Shown here in pieces: positions 41,824 to 55,283 of a stretch of DNA of 64,000 nucleotides. The DNA lies in the NCBI GenBank assembly GCA_012295275.1, contig CM022667.1, forward strand, positions 4,216,001 through 4,280,000. The letters run 5' to 3'. This DNA comes from Chrysomallon squamiferum (taxonomy: Eukaryota > Animalia > Mollusca). The notes beneath the pieces were generated by a model. That model searched no databases and was not told where the DNA came from. It worked only from the letters and a program-made list of their open reading frames with translations. Position numbers and translations under genes: made by a program. The stretch's first letter is position 1; every line of letters starts with the position of its first letter.

Positions 41824-41932
41824 TTTTCTGTAATTAACAAGTGGAGATGTCGGTATTTACTAAAATAAAAGGATTAAACACGCAAACACAAACTTAAAAA
41901 GTGAGGTTTAGCATATCCATATATACCTTTAT

Positions 41933-42110
41933 ATAAATTATGTACCTATTTACTTACTTTTTAAACAGTGTGTCATGTTTAATTGTTTTTATAAATTATG
42001 TACCTATTTACTTACTTTTTAAACAGTAGTCATGTTTAACTGTTTTCATAAATTATGTACCTATTTACTTACTTTTTAAACAGTGTGTCATGTTTAACGG
42101 TTTTTATAAA
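41933..42110. repeat. 57-58-bp tandem repeat, 3 copies
   Basis: ataaattatgtacctatttacttactttttaaacagtgtgtcatgtttaa..ttttt at 41933, 41991 and 42048. Confidence 0.85.
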
Positions 42111-42296
42111 CATTGACTAATTTCATTTTATATAAATAAAGAAAATCTTTTTTCAATCTGATATTTACATGTTTTATTTTGACCAGTGAAACTTTCAACT
42201 ACCTTGAGGTGTGTTGTATTTAGGTCTCTAACATACATACATACATACATACATACATACATACACGTATATAAATATGTATAAAAAACAAACAAA

Positions 42297-42337
<41 letters not shown>

Positions 42338-42593
42338 TATAAACACACATACATACATATATATATATATATTTAGAGTTATACTGATTTAGTATTAGAT
42401 TATGTCAGTTTTATTTAAAGGTGTTTAATTTCTCAGTAATCGGGTTTACCTACTAAGCTAAAAATAGAACTGATTTATCGGTGAAAATATTTCCTTTATA
42501 CATCAGTCACAGCACGTCAAACAGACTCAAACAGTTCGCAGTTTGAGTATCTAAACGATACAAAAGAATCAGAGAAAATTAAAATTTAAAAAA

Positions 42594-42963
42594 ATGGCTC
42601 AATGCAGAATAATTCTTTTAACAAAACGAAGGGAAAGAGAAAAAGTTTACATAACATAAATGCAGCGAGCAGTGACGAGCGACTCGTCAGTTCAAACGTA
42701 CAGGAAAACCTGGAGCAACCTTTTGTCATCATCCCTGATACAAAAACATAAACAAATAGGAAAAAGAAACACGCGGGGTTGAAGAAAACATTTAAAAAAA
42801 ATTCTGGGTAAATGTCACTCTCATTTTTGTTTTCATCAATATTTTACTACTGATCACTGTAATAACTGTTTGTGTTTTTTTCTCATTCCAACGTCAAACC
42901 GTTGTGCAATGGGACAACGACGTCTGCATTCCGTGCAGAGATGTGTACCTTATCGACGATAAC
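42594..42963 (+). pseudogene. Old, diverged TNF-ligand exon A copy, truncated at its 3' end
   Basis: FWVNVTLIFVFINILLLITVITVCVF...QRQTVVQWDNDVCIPCRDVYLIDD, with upstream stops and frameshifts. Confidence 0.8.
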
Positions 42964-43007
42964 TATTTTTTTATTTTATTTTTTTTTATTTTTTTTTTTT
43001 TCATGTG

Positions 43008-44062
43008 GTGTCGATTTAACCGCATACAGTTAAGACTTACCTGATTAAATCTGGAAGAAAAGTTATACTGAAGCCGGTTACGTGTGCATTGTCCACCTTG
43101 GTTAATCGAAGTTATTTAGACACATCACTTCCCGGTATAATGTCAGTCACAGACTGTGTGTTGGAGACGTTCAGTACAAAATCTGTGAAGATTTTCAGTT
43201 GTTTATTTTAAATAATTCTCAGGCCAGAAAAAGCAAATAATCTACAATCTCGATTGTTCTTGTGATCTCGAAATAGCCTTTTCATTTATGATTCTTTATT
43301 CAGTAGTATTTATCTTTTTATTTGATTTTTCTGCGGTTTTGACAAATGCCTTGGAAATAATATTGGAAGTGATGATGGAATAAATGTGTTTAGTTACAAA
43401 CTGAGGGCAAAAATTAAGCTTGTTGTGTTGGAAATTTGGTTCAAAACACTCTACATACACAATAAATAAGAACAAGGTCACTTGGTACAGTACAAATTTA
43501 CTTAAACAGACTCCTCATTTGTTTCATATTTACTATATAAAGTCGACGCCCACATTCAAACTCATCTTTTCCAAAGTCACTTCTTAAATCTTATCCTCGT
43601 GAAATTCAACGTCAGCTCCATTTACGTTCACATCATCAGACACTGTACATAACGTTTTTAAGTACTGGTACAATATAATTCATTATCCGTCCAGTTTTTG
43701 TCCACAAGTCATCTTTATTATTATGTAGTCTTTACTAGAACTAAGATTTTACCTCGATGCTGAAGAAAACTGTAACTTGTTTAAAGAAAAAAAAAAAACT
43801 GAACCTCTAAAAATTTACATTTCAAATTTTCTAATTTATCCCTTCTAGATGTATTTCATCAGCTAGACCTTTTCACTTTCATTAATTTGGTATAAAAAAT
43901 TACATTAGTAGTACAATTAGAAGTGAAGTTGTTAATTTTCAACGATTTTATTTTTTGTTTTTTATCATGTGAATGGTCTATCGCAAAGGAATGTAAATGT
44001 AATTTAAAGCGACATGAAAAAAATTAGACTCCATATTTACAACAGATAGTATGATATATCAA
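43008..44062. repeat. ~1-kb dispersed repeat (probable non-autonomous DNA element), second copy at ~58825-59590
   Basis: Near-identical from tcgatttaaccgcatac to gatagtatgatatatc(ga)n; the second copy has an internal deletion of ~290 bp. Confidence 0.8.
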
Positions 44063-44100
44063 GAGAGAGAGAGAGAGAGAGAGTGAGAGTGAGTGAGTGA

Positions 44101-44148
<48 letters not shown>

Positions 44149-44152
44149 AACA

Positions 44153-44199
<47 letters not shown>

Positions 44200-44592
44200 G
44201 CAGAAGGACAAAATACGCTCCACTGGAATGAACAAAGACGAAATTATCTCACTTCGTCACAATCGCAATGGCTGACAGTTTATTCCGAGAAACGATAAAA
44301 TCGATAAAAATAAGACGGCTTCTTTGAAACCTTACTTATTTCCAGCAAAAACGAAATAACACAAAATAGTAAAATAGTAAAACAGCCAATGAAAACTTAC
44401 AGGAAGTATTACGACTACTGTGATTGGTTAAAACATAATTGGCAAAGCGTCACATCTGATCTGATTCACTGGTTGGATAAGAATGTTGTGTATAAACATT
44501 TCATTAGTGAGACATCGTCTTACAACAAGCATCATACAAACAACCAGTTCGCAGTTTGAGCATCTAAACAAGTTTTCTGTGAGAAAAAAGAA

Positions 44593-46921
44593 ATGTATCC
44601 TAACATCAAAAGTTTGTTACCAAACGAAGAAGGGGAACAGCGTGACTCAGTTCACAGTGGTTCAGGTGGCAGTAACCCGGGCACTGACGAGCCACTCATC
44701 AAAGCAAATAGAAAGGAAAATTTAGAAGGTTTTGTAAATCCTGACACAAAATACCAGCCTGGAAAAAACGTGCGTGAAAAATATGAGAAAGAAAAAGAAA
44801 CAGAAAAAGAGAAAAAATAAATTCTGGATAAAGGTCATTCTGCTTTTTGCTGTCATCGACATTTTACTGATCATAGCTACAGGTCTGCTTTTCAACCCAA
44901 AACGTGTGGAGTCACAACGTCAAACCGTTGTGCAATGGGACGACGACGTCTGCATTCCGTGCAAAGATGTTTATCTCACCGACGATGACAAAATTGACAA
45001 CATCTACGACTTCGACGTTCGAGAAGATGGAAATACGTGCTGTCCTGGTCGTGAGAAAAACCTGATCAACATCGCAACAAAGGTTTTTATTTTTATTTTT
45101 TATTATTATTATTGATCTTGTCGGATATTACGTGTGGCCCTGCTACTATTTTTAGAACAGGAAGTTACTTAAGTTTTTACGAGGAATCGTGATCTAAAAT
45201 TAGATATGGAATTTCCCATAACGCTTATGTTTTTCATTTTTACGTGAAGAATAATTTGTTCAGATAAAGCGCTATAATAAAAGATGTATCGAGAAATCTT
45301 TTTAATTTTCACATTCTCTATTTCTGTAATAATGATGCGCAAAAAAACCCATAATAATAATAATTATTAATATTACATATATATTCTTTTTTTTCGATTT
45401 TTTCTTCGTGTTTTTACTTCTTTTGTAATTTGATAAGCATTACTCATTTACTGAAACAAATATAACTGTTAATGATCGAAGTTCATTAAATTGTGATATC
45501 TCGCTTAATAAGCAAGACAATGGAATGGATTCCTCCACTGAATTAAAAGATTAACTGTAATGACTGCTAAGAAAAAAATTAAAAATTAAAAATGATACTA
45601 CTACTACTAATACACTGCAACTACTGATACTACTAATAATAATACACTGCAACTACTGGTACTACTACTACTAATACACTGCAACTACTGGTACTACTAC
45701 TACTAATACACTGCAACTACTGATACTACTAATAATAATACACTGCAACTACTGGTACTACTACTACTAATACACTGCAACTACTGGTACTACTACTACT
45801 AATACACTGCAACTACTGATACTACTAATAATAATACACTGCAACTACTGGTACTACTACTACTAATACACTGCAACTACTGGTACTACTACTACTAATA
45901 CACTGCAACTACTGGTACTACTACTACTAATACACTGCAACTACTGGTACTACTACTAATAATACACTGCAACTACTGGTACTACTACTACTAATACACT
46001 GCAACTACTGGTACTACTACTACTAATACACTGCAACTACTGGTACTACTACTAATAATACACTGCAACTACTGGTACTACTACTACTGCTACTGCTAAT
46101 ACAACTACTGGTACTACTACTACTGTTACTACTACTACTACTACTGCTGCTATACTATACTACTCTATTACTATTAATACTACTGCTATAATATTAATTT
46201 CTCTAGTAATACTACCACAACTACTACTGCTACTAATATTACTGTTAATACTTATTAGCATTACTGTTATTAATATTGTTAATGCTACTTCCACTTGCTA
46301 CTTCTAAAATTACTACTAGCAGTACTGATACTGATACTGCTACTGCTACTATTGCTACTGGTACTGCTGCTATTACACCAATACTACTACTGCTGCTGCT
46401 GCTACTACTACTACTACTACTACTACTTGTATTATTATTATTACTGTTACTACTAAATCCGAATAAAGCAACAGAATTTAAAAAATAAATCTGTAAACAA
46501 AGAATAAATCAATGTATGAAATAAAAATAAGTATGAATGATATGTATGTATGTATGTAAGTATATGTATGTATGTATATATGTATGATCTTATATATCGA
46601 CCAAAATATGTTGATTGTTTTGTACAATTCTATTTATTCGCAGTTTGCAGAAAAACAGTTCCAGCAAAACAGAGCCAACAGTGAGTACTATATCATTCTT
46701 AATATAAAATATTCTTAATAAGTTTCAAACTAAAAACTGACATTTGTGACACATACACACACACACACACTGACATACACACATACACATTCACACATAT
46801 ATACATACTCAAATACATACACATCTAATATAAATTCCTAGAAAAAAATCAAAAAATCACATCTGTCTCCATTTCTCTCTCTCTGCCCCTGTCCGACTGC
46901 ATGTGTTGCTTAATACATGTG

Positions 46922-46989
<68 letters not shown>

Positions 46990-47331
46990 AATAATGTCAT
47001 GTTATTTAGATCTTGAATTACGTTTTAATGGAGAAAATGACTGCTCAGCATACCTACGCGAAATTGTCGGAGTGAGTTCAGGTGAGGTCAAAGTGTAGTA
47101 TAATTTTTAAATGACAGATTTGTTCATTATGTTACCATATTAGCTATTTATTGTAATATAAATATAATACTACTACTAATAACAATAACAAAATACTAAT
47201 ACTACTAATAATAATAACAATAAATCTAATAATAACAAAAATACCATATTAACAATGATAATAATAATAATTTATTGGTCTGTTTATTAGATTGTCTAAT
47301 TTTTATGTGGATGTTTAAATGTGTATGACAC

Positions 47332-47430
<99 letters not shown>

Positions 47431-47431
47431 C

Positions 47432-47505
<74 letters not shown>

Positions 47506-47921
47506 TTTGCTAAACAATTAATTATTATGCAGAACAAAATATACTCCATTGGAAGCAAGCCTCTTCGTTCATTGGGAAGAGTATGACGTACAAAGATGGC
47601 CGCATTCAAGTAAAAACTCCTGGGACGTGTTTTATTTACGCTCATCTTGTTTTCAAGACCAAACAGACACAAGAAGACGAAATTTTTACTCATTCCATCT
47701 GGCTTAGGAATGGCGAGAACCACGAAGAGAAATTACTCGAACTTTTCCACTCTCAGTGTAAGGTGACGTCATCAGTTGTACCAGCAGCCTTTACTCCCAC
47801 TCACCAAGGCGCGCTGTTTGAACTGAAAGCTGGCGACAGTATTGAACTGCGCGTGCAGAACATAGAAAAGCTTGAAAAGAACAACAACAAAAACAACTTT
47901 GGAATTTATTGCTTTCAGTAA
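44593..47921 (+). CDS. TNF-superfamily ligand, copy 2; exons 44593-45082, 46644-46680, 47010-47081, 47533-47921; ~328 aa if one extra A at ~44812-44817 is an error
   Basis: All four exons are phase-compatible (0,1,1); complete TNF homology domain ending NFGIYCFQ*; exon A is 490 nt versus 489. Confidence 0.85.
45605..46100. repeat. 32-bp minisatellite in TNF copy 2 intron 1
   Basis: Unit tacactgcaactactggtactactactactaa. Confidence 0.9.
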
Positions 47922-48060
47922 TTTTCAAGTGGAGATTAATATCGATATTTAGATATACTTATCTGTGTTTGTTTATTTTAGAAAATTCGTGCTAACTTCC
48001 CTATTAAACTGTGCAATACAATTTAGTTTATACCTACTTGCACAATTCGGTGGTTTTTTA

Positions 48061-48540
48061 AAATATCGTTAACATATTTATTATTTACCTATATAGCTTA
48101 CTTTAATACCACCTAACATCTTGTAATTAACCTGCATGTATCATTAATGTAAGTAAATATCGGTAACATATTTATTATTTACCTATATAGCTTACTTTAA
48201 TACCATCTAACATCTTGTAATTAACCTGCATGTATCATTAATGTAAGTAAATATCGGTAACATATTTATTATTTACCTATATAGCTTACTTTAATACCAC
48301 CTAACATCTTGTAATTAACCTGCATGTATCATTAATGTAAGTAAATATCGGTAACATATTTATTATTTAACTATATAGCTTACTTTAATACCATCTAACA
48401 TCTTGTAATTAACCTGCATGTATCATTAATGTAAGTAAATATCGGTAACATATTTATTATTTACCTATATAGCTTACTTTAATACCACCTAACATCTTGT
48501 AATTAACCTGCATGTATCATTAACGTAAGTAAATATGTTA
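48061..48540. repeat. 94-bp tandem repeat, 5 copies
   Basis: Units start at 48061, 48155, 48249 and onward; a single diverged monomer lies at ~36660-36770. Confidence 0.92.
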
Positions 48541-49195
48541 CCCATTCATTTCTGCAAACAGAACCTCTCTTTGGTCTCATTTCAAAACCACCCCAATCTT
48601 AAATAAATATATCGTGGACTATCATGAAATTAGCAGAGCAAATTCCTTTTGTCTTTCGCTAATGATTGTTAATTGCTAGCGATTACTTTAATAAGACTAC
48701 TGCTAACTATATTTAAATAACACATACTGTTAGGAATATTTGCAGAAATGAATGGGTAATACACAGAGGACAAGACAAACTGAAGGAAACTGTGGGACTG
48801 AGGAGTTGTCGGTCATTGTCAGGCAGCTATGTTGGTAACTGTATTTTGCTTTATCTTTGTTTAATTTCAAAGCAGGGACAAATTTGTATCCTGTTTCTGT
48901 ATGCTCTGTTTGATATGTTGATCAATGCTATGTAACCTGTATATGCTCCATAGAGAGTTTAAGTTATGTGTATTTCTGTTATGGAAAATTAAAGAATTAG
49001 GAATTATAGTATTTCATTTAATGCCAGTTCCCACTTCAATAATTAAGTAAATAAATGGCAATCCTATAAATCTATAAATCAATCACTCAATCAATCTATC
49101 TATCAATAAATGAGTGAATGAGTGAATGAATAAATAAGTAAGTAAATAAATAAAGGTAAGTAAATAAATGAATTAATAATTAAGTAAATAAATGA

Positions 49196-51391
49196 ATCTT
49201 GGGCCAAGTAGAAGTCACTCAGCTCAGACAAGAGTGGATAACACAATATTGTCTTACCACAGGCCCAGAAGATCTGAAACAACATCATCAACAACAACAA
49301 CATTAATAACATAATATATTATTAACCAATAATAGTTTAAAAATAATAATAATAGTGGTACATCTGAAACATCATCATTGACAACAACAAATTAATAATA
49401 ATAAATTAATCAATAATAGTTTTTTTTGTAAATAATAGTGGTAGATCTGAAACAACATCATCAACAACAAGAACATTAATAATAATATATTAATCAATAA
49501 TAGTTTTTTTCATAAATAATGGTTGTATATCAGTTTTGGAGGTAGTGGTAATGGTAATAGTAATATTAGTAGTAATAACAGAAATATTAGTTGTTATAGA
49601 GGTAAAGTAATAGAAGCAGTATTGGTATTAAAGGTTGAAACAATACTAGTTCTAGTAGTAGTAATTATAGTAACTGATAGTGGCAGTAATAGAATAGTAG
49701 AGTAGTAGTAGTAGTAGATTAGTAGGGGTAGTAGTAATTGAAGTAGTTTAGTAGAAGTAACACATAAAACACACACACAAAAAACACCACTAACTAAATA
49801 TTTAATTATTAAAAAAATAAAGTTTTTTTCAAAAAATAAATAAGATTTAAAATGAATAGAACAAAAATCATAAATATTTATCTTTTTTTGATTGCTACAA
49901 TTATTAGTTAACTTTTGTTTTGCTAGAAGGTAAGTAAGCAAAAACTAATTAGCCAGTAAATATTTATTAGTTCATTTCATATACTGCTATATCATCAACC
50001 TGTTTGATTGCTCATTTTAAAATGGCAACCATGTCACTTCTGCAAGAATATTCTTTATTTAGATTTAACTTTCTGCTTACTTTAGAGTTGGACTCTCGAG
50101 GTAAAATGCTCTCAAAGATTGTCCTGTTTCGATTATGAGCGTCCACATCAACATAGATCACTGACCAGGCAGCACCCTGCTCACCAAACAGATTAGCTCC
50201 ATTGATAGCCTCTAGAGCTGCTTTTGCCATTCCAATAGAACTGAAACACAAGAAAAATAAAATTAAATCACTGATAGCCTCTAGAGCTGCTTTTGCAATA
50301 GAACTGAAACACAAGAAAAATAAAATAAAATCATTGATAGCCTCTAGAGCTGCTTTTGCAATAGAACTGAATGTCACAGAATTCAGACTGCGTAACCAAA
50401 TTTGTTACTTCAGAGATCTGCTCCTTTTATTTTTAAGTGATGGAATTGAAATTGCAAAACTTCAATTGTTACTACAATCACATCCGCTCTTTTTATTGTT
50501 TCCGCTAATTTTTCAATGCATGGTTTTGTTATAAAGAGGCTAGCATTTTGGTAATTAAAAAGAGCAGAACAAAGTTAGAGCAGTAAGCAAGAGCGAAGGA
50601 AACAGTCAAGACAAGAATTCAGTCAGGCGAGGAAAACCAATGTCTTTGAACGACGTTGTCTTCACAGATAAGTATGGTAAGTAGTTGTCTATTGGGTGTA
50701 ATGTGCAATTAACCTGTGTCAGTAACATTTATTATACCTAATGTTTTTTAGATTTTAATCTGTCCTCCTGCAGATTCTTATTCTGTCTTGGTTCCCCATA
50801 TAACCTTTCTCATATCATTAATCAAATTTACTTAAACATATGTTTTAGGATTGTATAATGTATTATTATCAAGTCACCTGTTTATCATAATTAAAGAATT
50901 ATCGTAAAACTTTAACTTTTTTTGTGTTTATTTCTCTAGTGGATAGATAGACTTACTGATTGATATAAATTGCTGTCAATTTAGCATTTATATTCCTTGT
51001 TCGGTGGCCATTAAAGCACCTTCCTATCTTATCCTAGGCTGAGCCTTAATAAAACATACAAGCTGTTTAAAGGTGTGAGTCCTGTGACAATTGCAGATTC
51101 AGTTCTCTTTGATGGAAATCTCCCATTCCAAACCAAAAGCAATCTCTGATGTGTTGTCTGCTCTTCCACATGATGGAAACAGACCAACTTCCCCAAGAGG
51201 ACAACTCTGATATTGTAGAATCTGACATTTTACTGAATGATAAATAAAAGAGATTAATAAATTAAAAAATATATATTAAATAAATAAATAATAAAATATA
51301 AACAAATAATAAAATAAAATTTATAAAATAAATATAAAATATAAATATATTCATTTTAAAAATATACAAATAATAAATTAATAGTTAATGA

Positions 51392-51424
<33 letters not shown>

Positions 51425-51796
51425 TTATTTGTTATAAGTATGCTAATAATTTTTTGCCTTTCTAAGTTCAACTGAATGTTTACATCACAATAGTCACTAG
51501 GTATTATTCTATTGTCATTATGAAGTAAAACAGAAATCGTAATTAATATTGTCATTATCTTTTGTAAGTTATCAGCTGAAATTGTCGGGGTAAGTTCAGC
51601 ATATATTTTAGGCTGTATTTTATTCCTCGTATGCGTTTCCAGTATAAATGAGTAATAAAGACTTACACACAAAATAAAAGTTGTCTAGTCTTTTGGCAAC
51701 TTGTTCGGGGTAGGTCGAATCCTCATCAGTGGATCCTGTAAAGACACTGCTTCCGAGTCGGTTATCGATCCTGAACGCTAAGCCATGGTTACTCAT
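49196..51796 (-). pseudogene. PHKB: Collapsed PHKB copy: exon 1 (51667-51796), truncated exon 2 (~51137-51232), internal exon (50081-50240), truncated later exon (~49196-49273)
   Basis: MSNHGLAFRIDNRLGSSVFTGSTDEDSTYPEQVAKRLDNFYFV; KCQILQYQSCPLGEVGLFPS; [53 protein letters not shown]; IFWACGKTILCYPLLSELSDFYLAQD. All match PHKB segments in colinear order, with the intervening exons missing. Confidence 0.88.
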
Positions 51797-52989
51797 GGTT
51801 AATCACAAACCCACCATTTAGTTAGATATCAAAGTTAAATGAATCTGAATTCATAACTGTGGTATCAAAGACTAGGTTTTTACATCGACATTTGTTTTTG
51901 ATTACTCCAGAGTTATCTGTCTTGAAAACCTTGACCTTCCTGTCTTCAATCATTTTCAAGTCAAATTATTATTATTTTTGTTTTAATTATTTATTTATAT
52001 ATTTATAATAATAATAATTATTATTATTATTATTATTATTATTAATCCTGTGATTGGAAAATACACTATATTTGAACCCTGTTTAATATATTTTTATTTC
52101 TCAGAAAAAAAAAAAAAAAATAAAAAAGTATAAAAATACAAAAATACAAAATACAAAAATAGAAAAAAAAGAAGAAAAAAAGAGAAGATTACAAACATAC
52201 AAACATACAAAATCCATAACAAATATACATATATACATAAGCAAAGTAATTACACAAATTGAACATTCACATTTTTGGAACTGTCCTCTGACGTTTATTT
52301 ATTTATTTATTTATATTCTCAGGCTATGGTATGACATGAAGTGAAATTGGTACGTTAACATTACTTCACCTATCATTAGCCTTTTATTGTTCAAGCCCAT
52401 TATGACGCGTAAAACGTAAATTATTATTATTATTATTTGTCTATATCCCATATATAAAAATACGATAGTCAAAGATCGTACCGGTGGAGGATCCCTTATT
52501 CGAAATACCAGAATCCTAAAAGCTCCCAAATCCAATACACAGACTTTATTTTATGCATAAAGTTATTAAAAGCTATTGAAAAGAAATTCGTATTCAGAGT
52601 CTAGTCAAGTCAAAAAAATTAACGTGCTAATCAGAGAAAGCTGTTGTGAAGCACGTCTACGACGGGCACGTTTTCTGACAGGTCAGTGGGCGTGTCCGTC
52701 GCAGACGTATTCAGACTCGGGTTATTTCCTTGTATAGCAAAACCCGAAACATGGGACAGTCCCAAGCTGCTCGACAAACTTGTTTATCCACGTGAATGAG
52801 TGAAATAGCCAATTAAAAATTACAGGCAGCGTTAAGACTCCTGTGATTGGTCAAAAATACCTGGCAACGCGCCATATCTGAACAGTGTATGACATGTCAC
52901 TAGAGAACATCAGACGACAGTTCGCAGTTTGTGTGTCTAAGCGATATACAAGTTTTCTGTGATTTAAAAAACAAAAAAAAACAAAAATC

Positions 52990-53626
52990 ATGGAAAAAGA
53001 GGCAAATAAATTCTGGATAAAGGTCATCGACATTTTACTGATGATATGCACAGCTCTGCTTTTCATTCCAAAACTTGTGGAGTCACAACGTCAAACCGTT
53101 GTACAATGAATGGAACGATGACGTCTGCATTCCGTGCAAAGATATTTCTCTCATCGACGATGACAAAAATTGACAATATCTACGACTTCGACTTGAACAA
53201 AACCTGAACGACATCGTAAGAAAGGTTATTATTATTATTGTTGTTGTTGTTGTTGTTAAAACAAGACATTACATCAGTCGTCATGAGCTCTCTAGAACAG
53301 AAAAGCTATGTTCTAAAAATACATATAGGACTTTCCGGGGGTTTTTTGTGTTTTTTTTTAATGTGTTATTATAGAAGAATATATGTCAAATAACCCCTCC
53401 TGCCCCAAAAAGTAAATGTTTAACCTCACCATCTTCAATTTGGTACGTGTCTGGGTTTGACATAGAAATTCTGTTTATTCGCAGTTTGCAGAAAAACAGC
53501 ACTAACATAGCATAGCTATATATACTGTATATACCTACATAATATCATATGTTACATTTTTCAGATTCTGAATTACGTTTTACTGGGGAGAATGACCGCT
53601 CAGCACATTTACGCAAAACTGACTGA
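52990..53626 (+). pseudogene. Compact TNF-ligand pseudogene (exon A 52990-53224, partial exon B at 53485, exon C at 53565)
   Basis: MEKEANKFWIKVIDILLMICTALLFIPKLVESQRQTVVQ*; FAEKQH*; SELRFTGENDRSAHLRKTD*. Confidence 0.85.
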
Positions 53627-53712
53627 AAGTTTATTCTGAGAAACAGTAAAATCGATAAAAATATGACGGCTTCTTTGAAACTTTACTTATTACTGTTTTC
53701 GAAGAAATGCAG

Positions 53713-53749
<37 letters not shown>

Positions 53750-54199
53750 TTATTTATTTGTTTATTTATTTATTTTTATTTAATATGATTCCCACACTGA
53801 GTGGTCCCGAGTTCTAACTCAGCGTCACTCAGCACGTGACAATCTTTTATATCATAGGTAAATCTCCAAACGGGGTTGCAGGAAAAATAAAAATAGAAAA
53901 TAGTAAAGTTTCTTTTATGCGCCTCCTTTCTGGAAGTGACGAAACGCAAAATGAACAGCCAGAGTTTCGCTGTTCCAGTGACAAAACACAGCCAATTAAA
54001 ACTTACAGGAAGTATTACGACTACTGTGATTGGTTAAAACATAATTGGCAAAGCGTCACATCTGATCTGAAAAACTGGTTAGATACGAATGTTGTGTTAT
54101 AAACATTTCATTAGTGAGACATCGTCTTAAAACAAACATCATACGAACAACCAGTTCGCAGTTTGAGTATCTAAACAAGTTTTCTGTGAGAATAAAGAA

Positions 54200-54718
54200 A
54201 TGTATCCTAACATCAAAAGTTTGTTACAAAACGAAGAAGGGGAACAGCGTGACTCAGTTCACAGTGGTTCAGGTGGCAGTAACGCGGGCACTGACGAGCC
54301 ACTCATCAAAGCAAACAGAAAGGAAAATTTAGAAGGTTTTGTAAATCCTGACACAAAATACCAGCCTGGAAAAAACGTGCGTGAAAAATATGACAAAGAA
54401 AAAGAAACAGAAAAAGAAAAAAAGAAATTCTGGATACAGGTCATTCTGCTTTTTGCTGTCGTCGACATTTTACTGATCATAGCTATAGCTCTGCTTTTCA
54501 CCCCAAAACGTGTGGAGTCACAACGTCAAACCGTTGTACAGTGGGACGACGACGTCTGCTTTCCGTGCAAAGATGTTTATCTCACCGAAGATGACAAAAT
54601 TGACAACATCTACGACTTCGACGTTCGAGAAGATGGAAATACGTGCTGTCCTGGTCGTGAGAAAAACCTGATCGACATCGTAACAAAGGTTTTTATTTTT
54701 ATTATTTTTATTATTATT

Positions 54719-54763
<45 letters not shown>

Positions 54764-55048
54764 ATTGGTCTTGTTGCTGTTGTTGTTAAAGGTTTGTATA
54801 TACTTATAAATCGGACATTACTTGAACCCTAATATGCTATTTTTAGCATTGTTCTAAAATTAGATATGGGATTTCCTGTAACGCTTATTTTTATTATTTT
54901 TTCCTGAAGAATAGTTTATTCAGACAAAGCGCGATAATAAAAGATGTACCGAGAAACTTTTTAATTTTCACATTCTCATTTTCTGTAATAATGATGCGCA
55001 AAAAACCCCATAATAATAATTATTATTAATAATATACTTATTTATTTA

Positions 55049-55080
<32 letters not shown>

Positions 55081-55250
55081 CGCATTTTACTTCGTGTTTT
55101 AGTTTTTGTAATTTGATAAGAATTATTGAAACAAATATAATGATCGAAGTTCATTAAATTGTGATATCTCTCTTAATAAGCAAGATAATGGAATGGATTC
55201 CTCCACTGAATTAAAAGATTAACAATAATGAATAATTGTTAAGGAGAAAA

Positions 55251-55283
<33 letters not shown>

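Noticed and set aside
50640-50682. Plus-strand ATG...TATG|GTAAGT mini first exon after a TATA-like box
   Set aside because: No compatible, recognisable downstream exon; may be part of an unidentified repeat.
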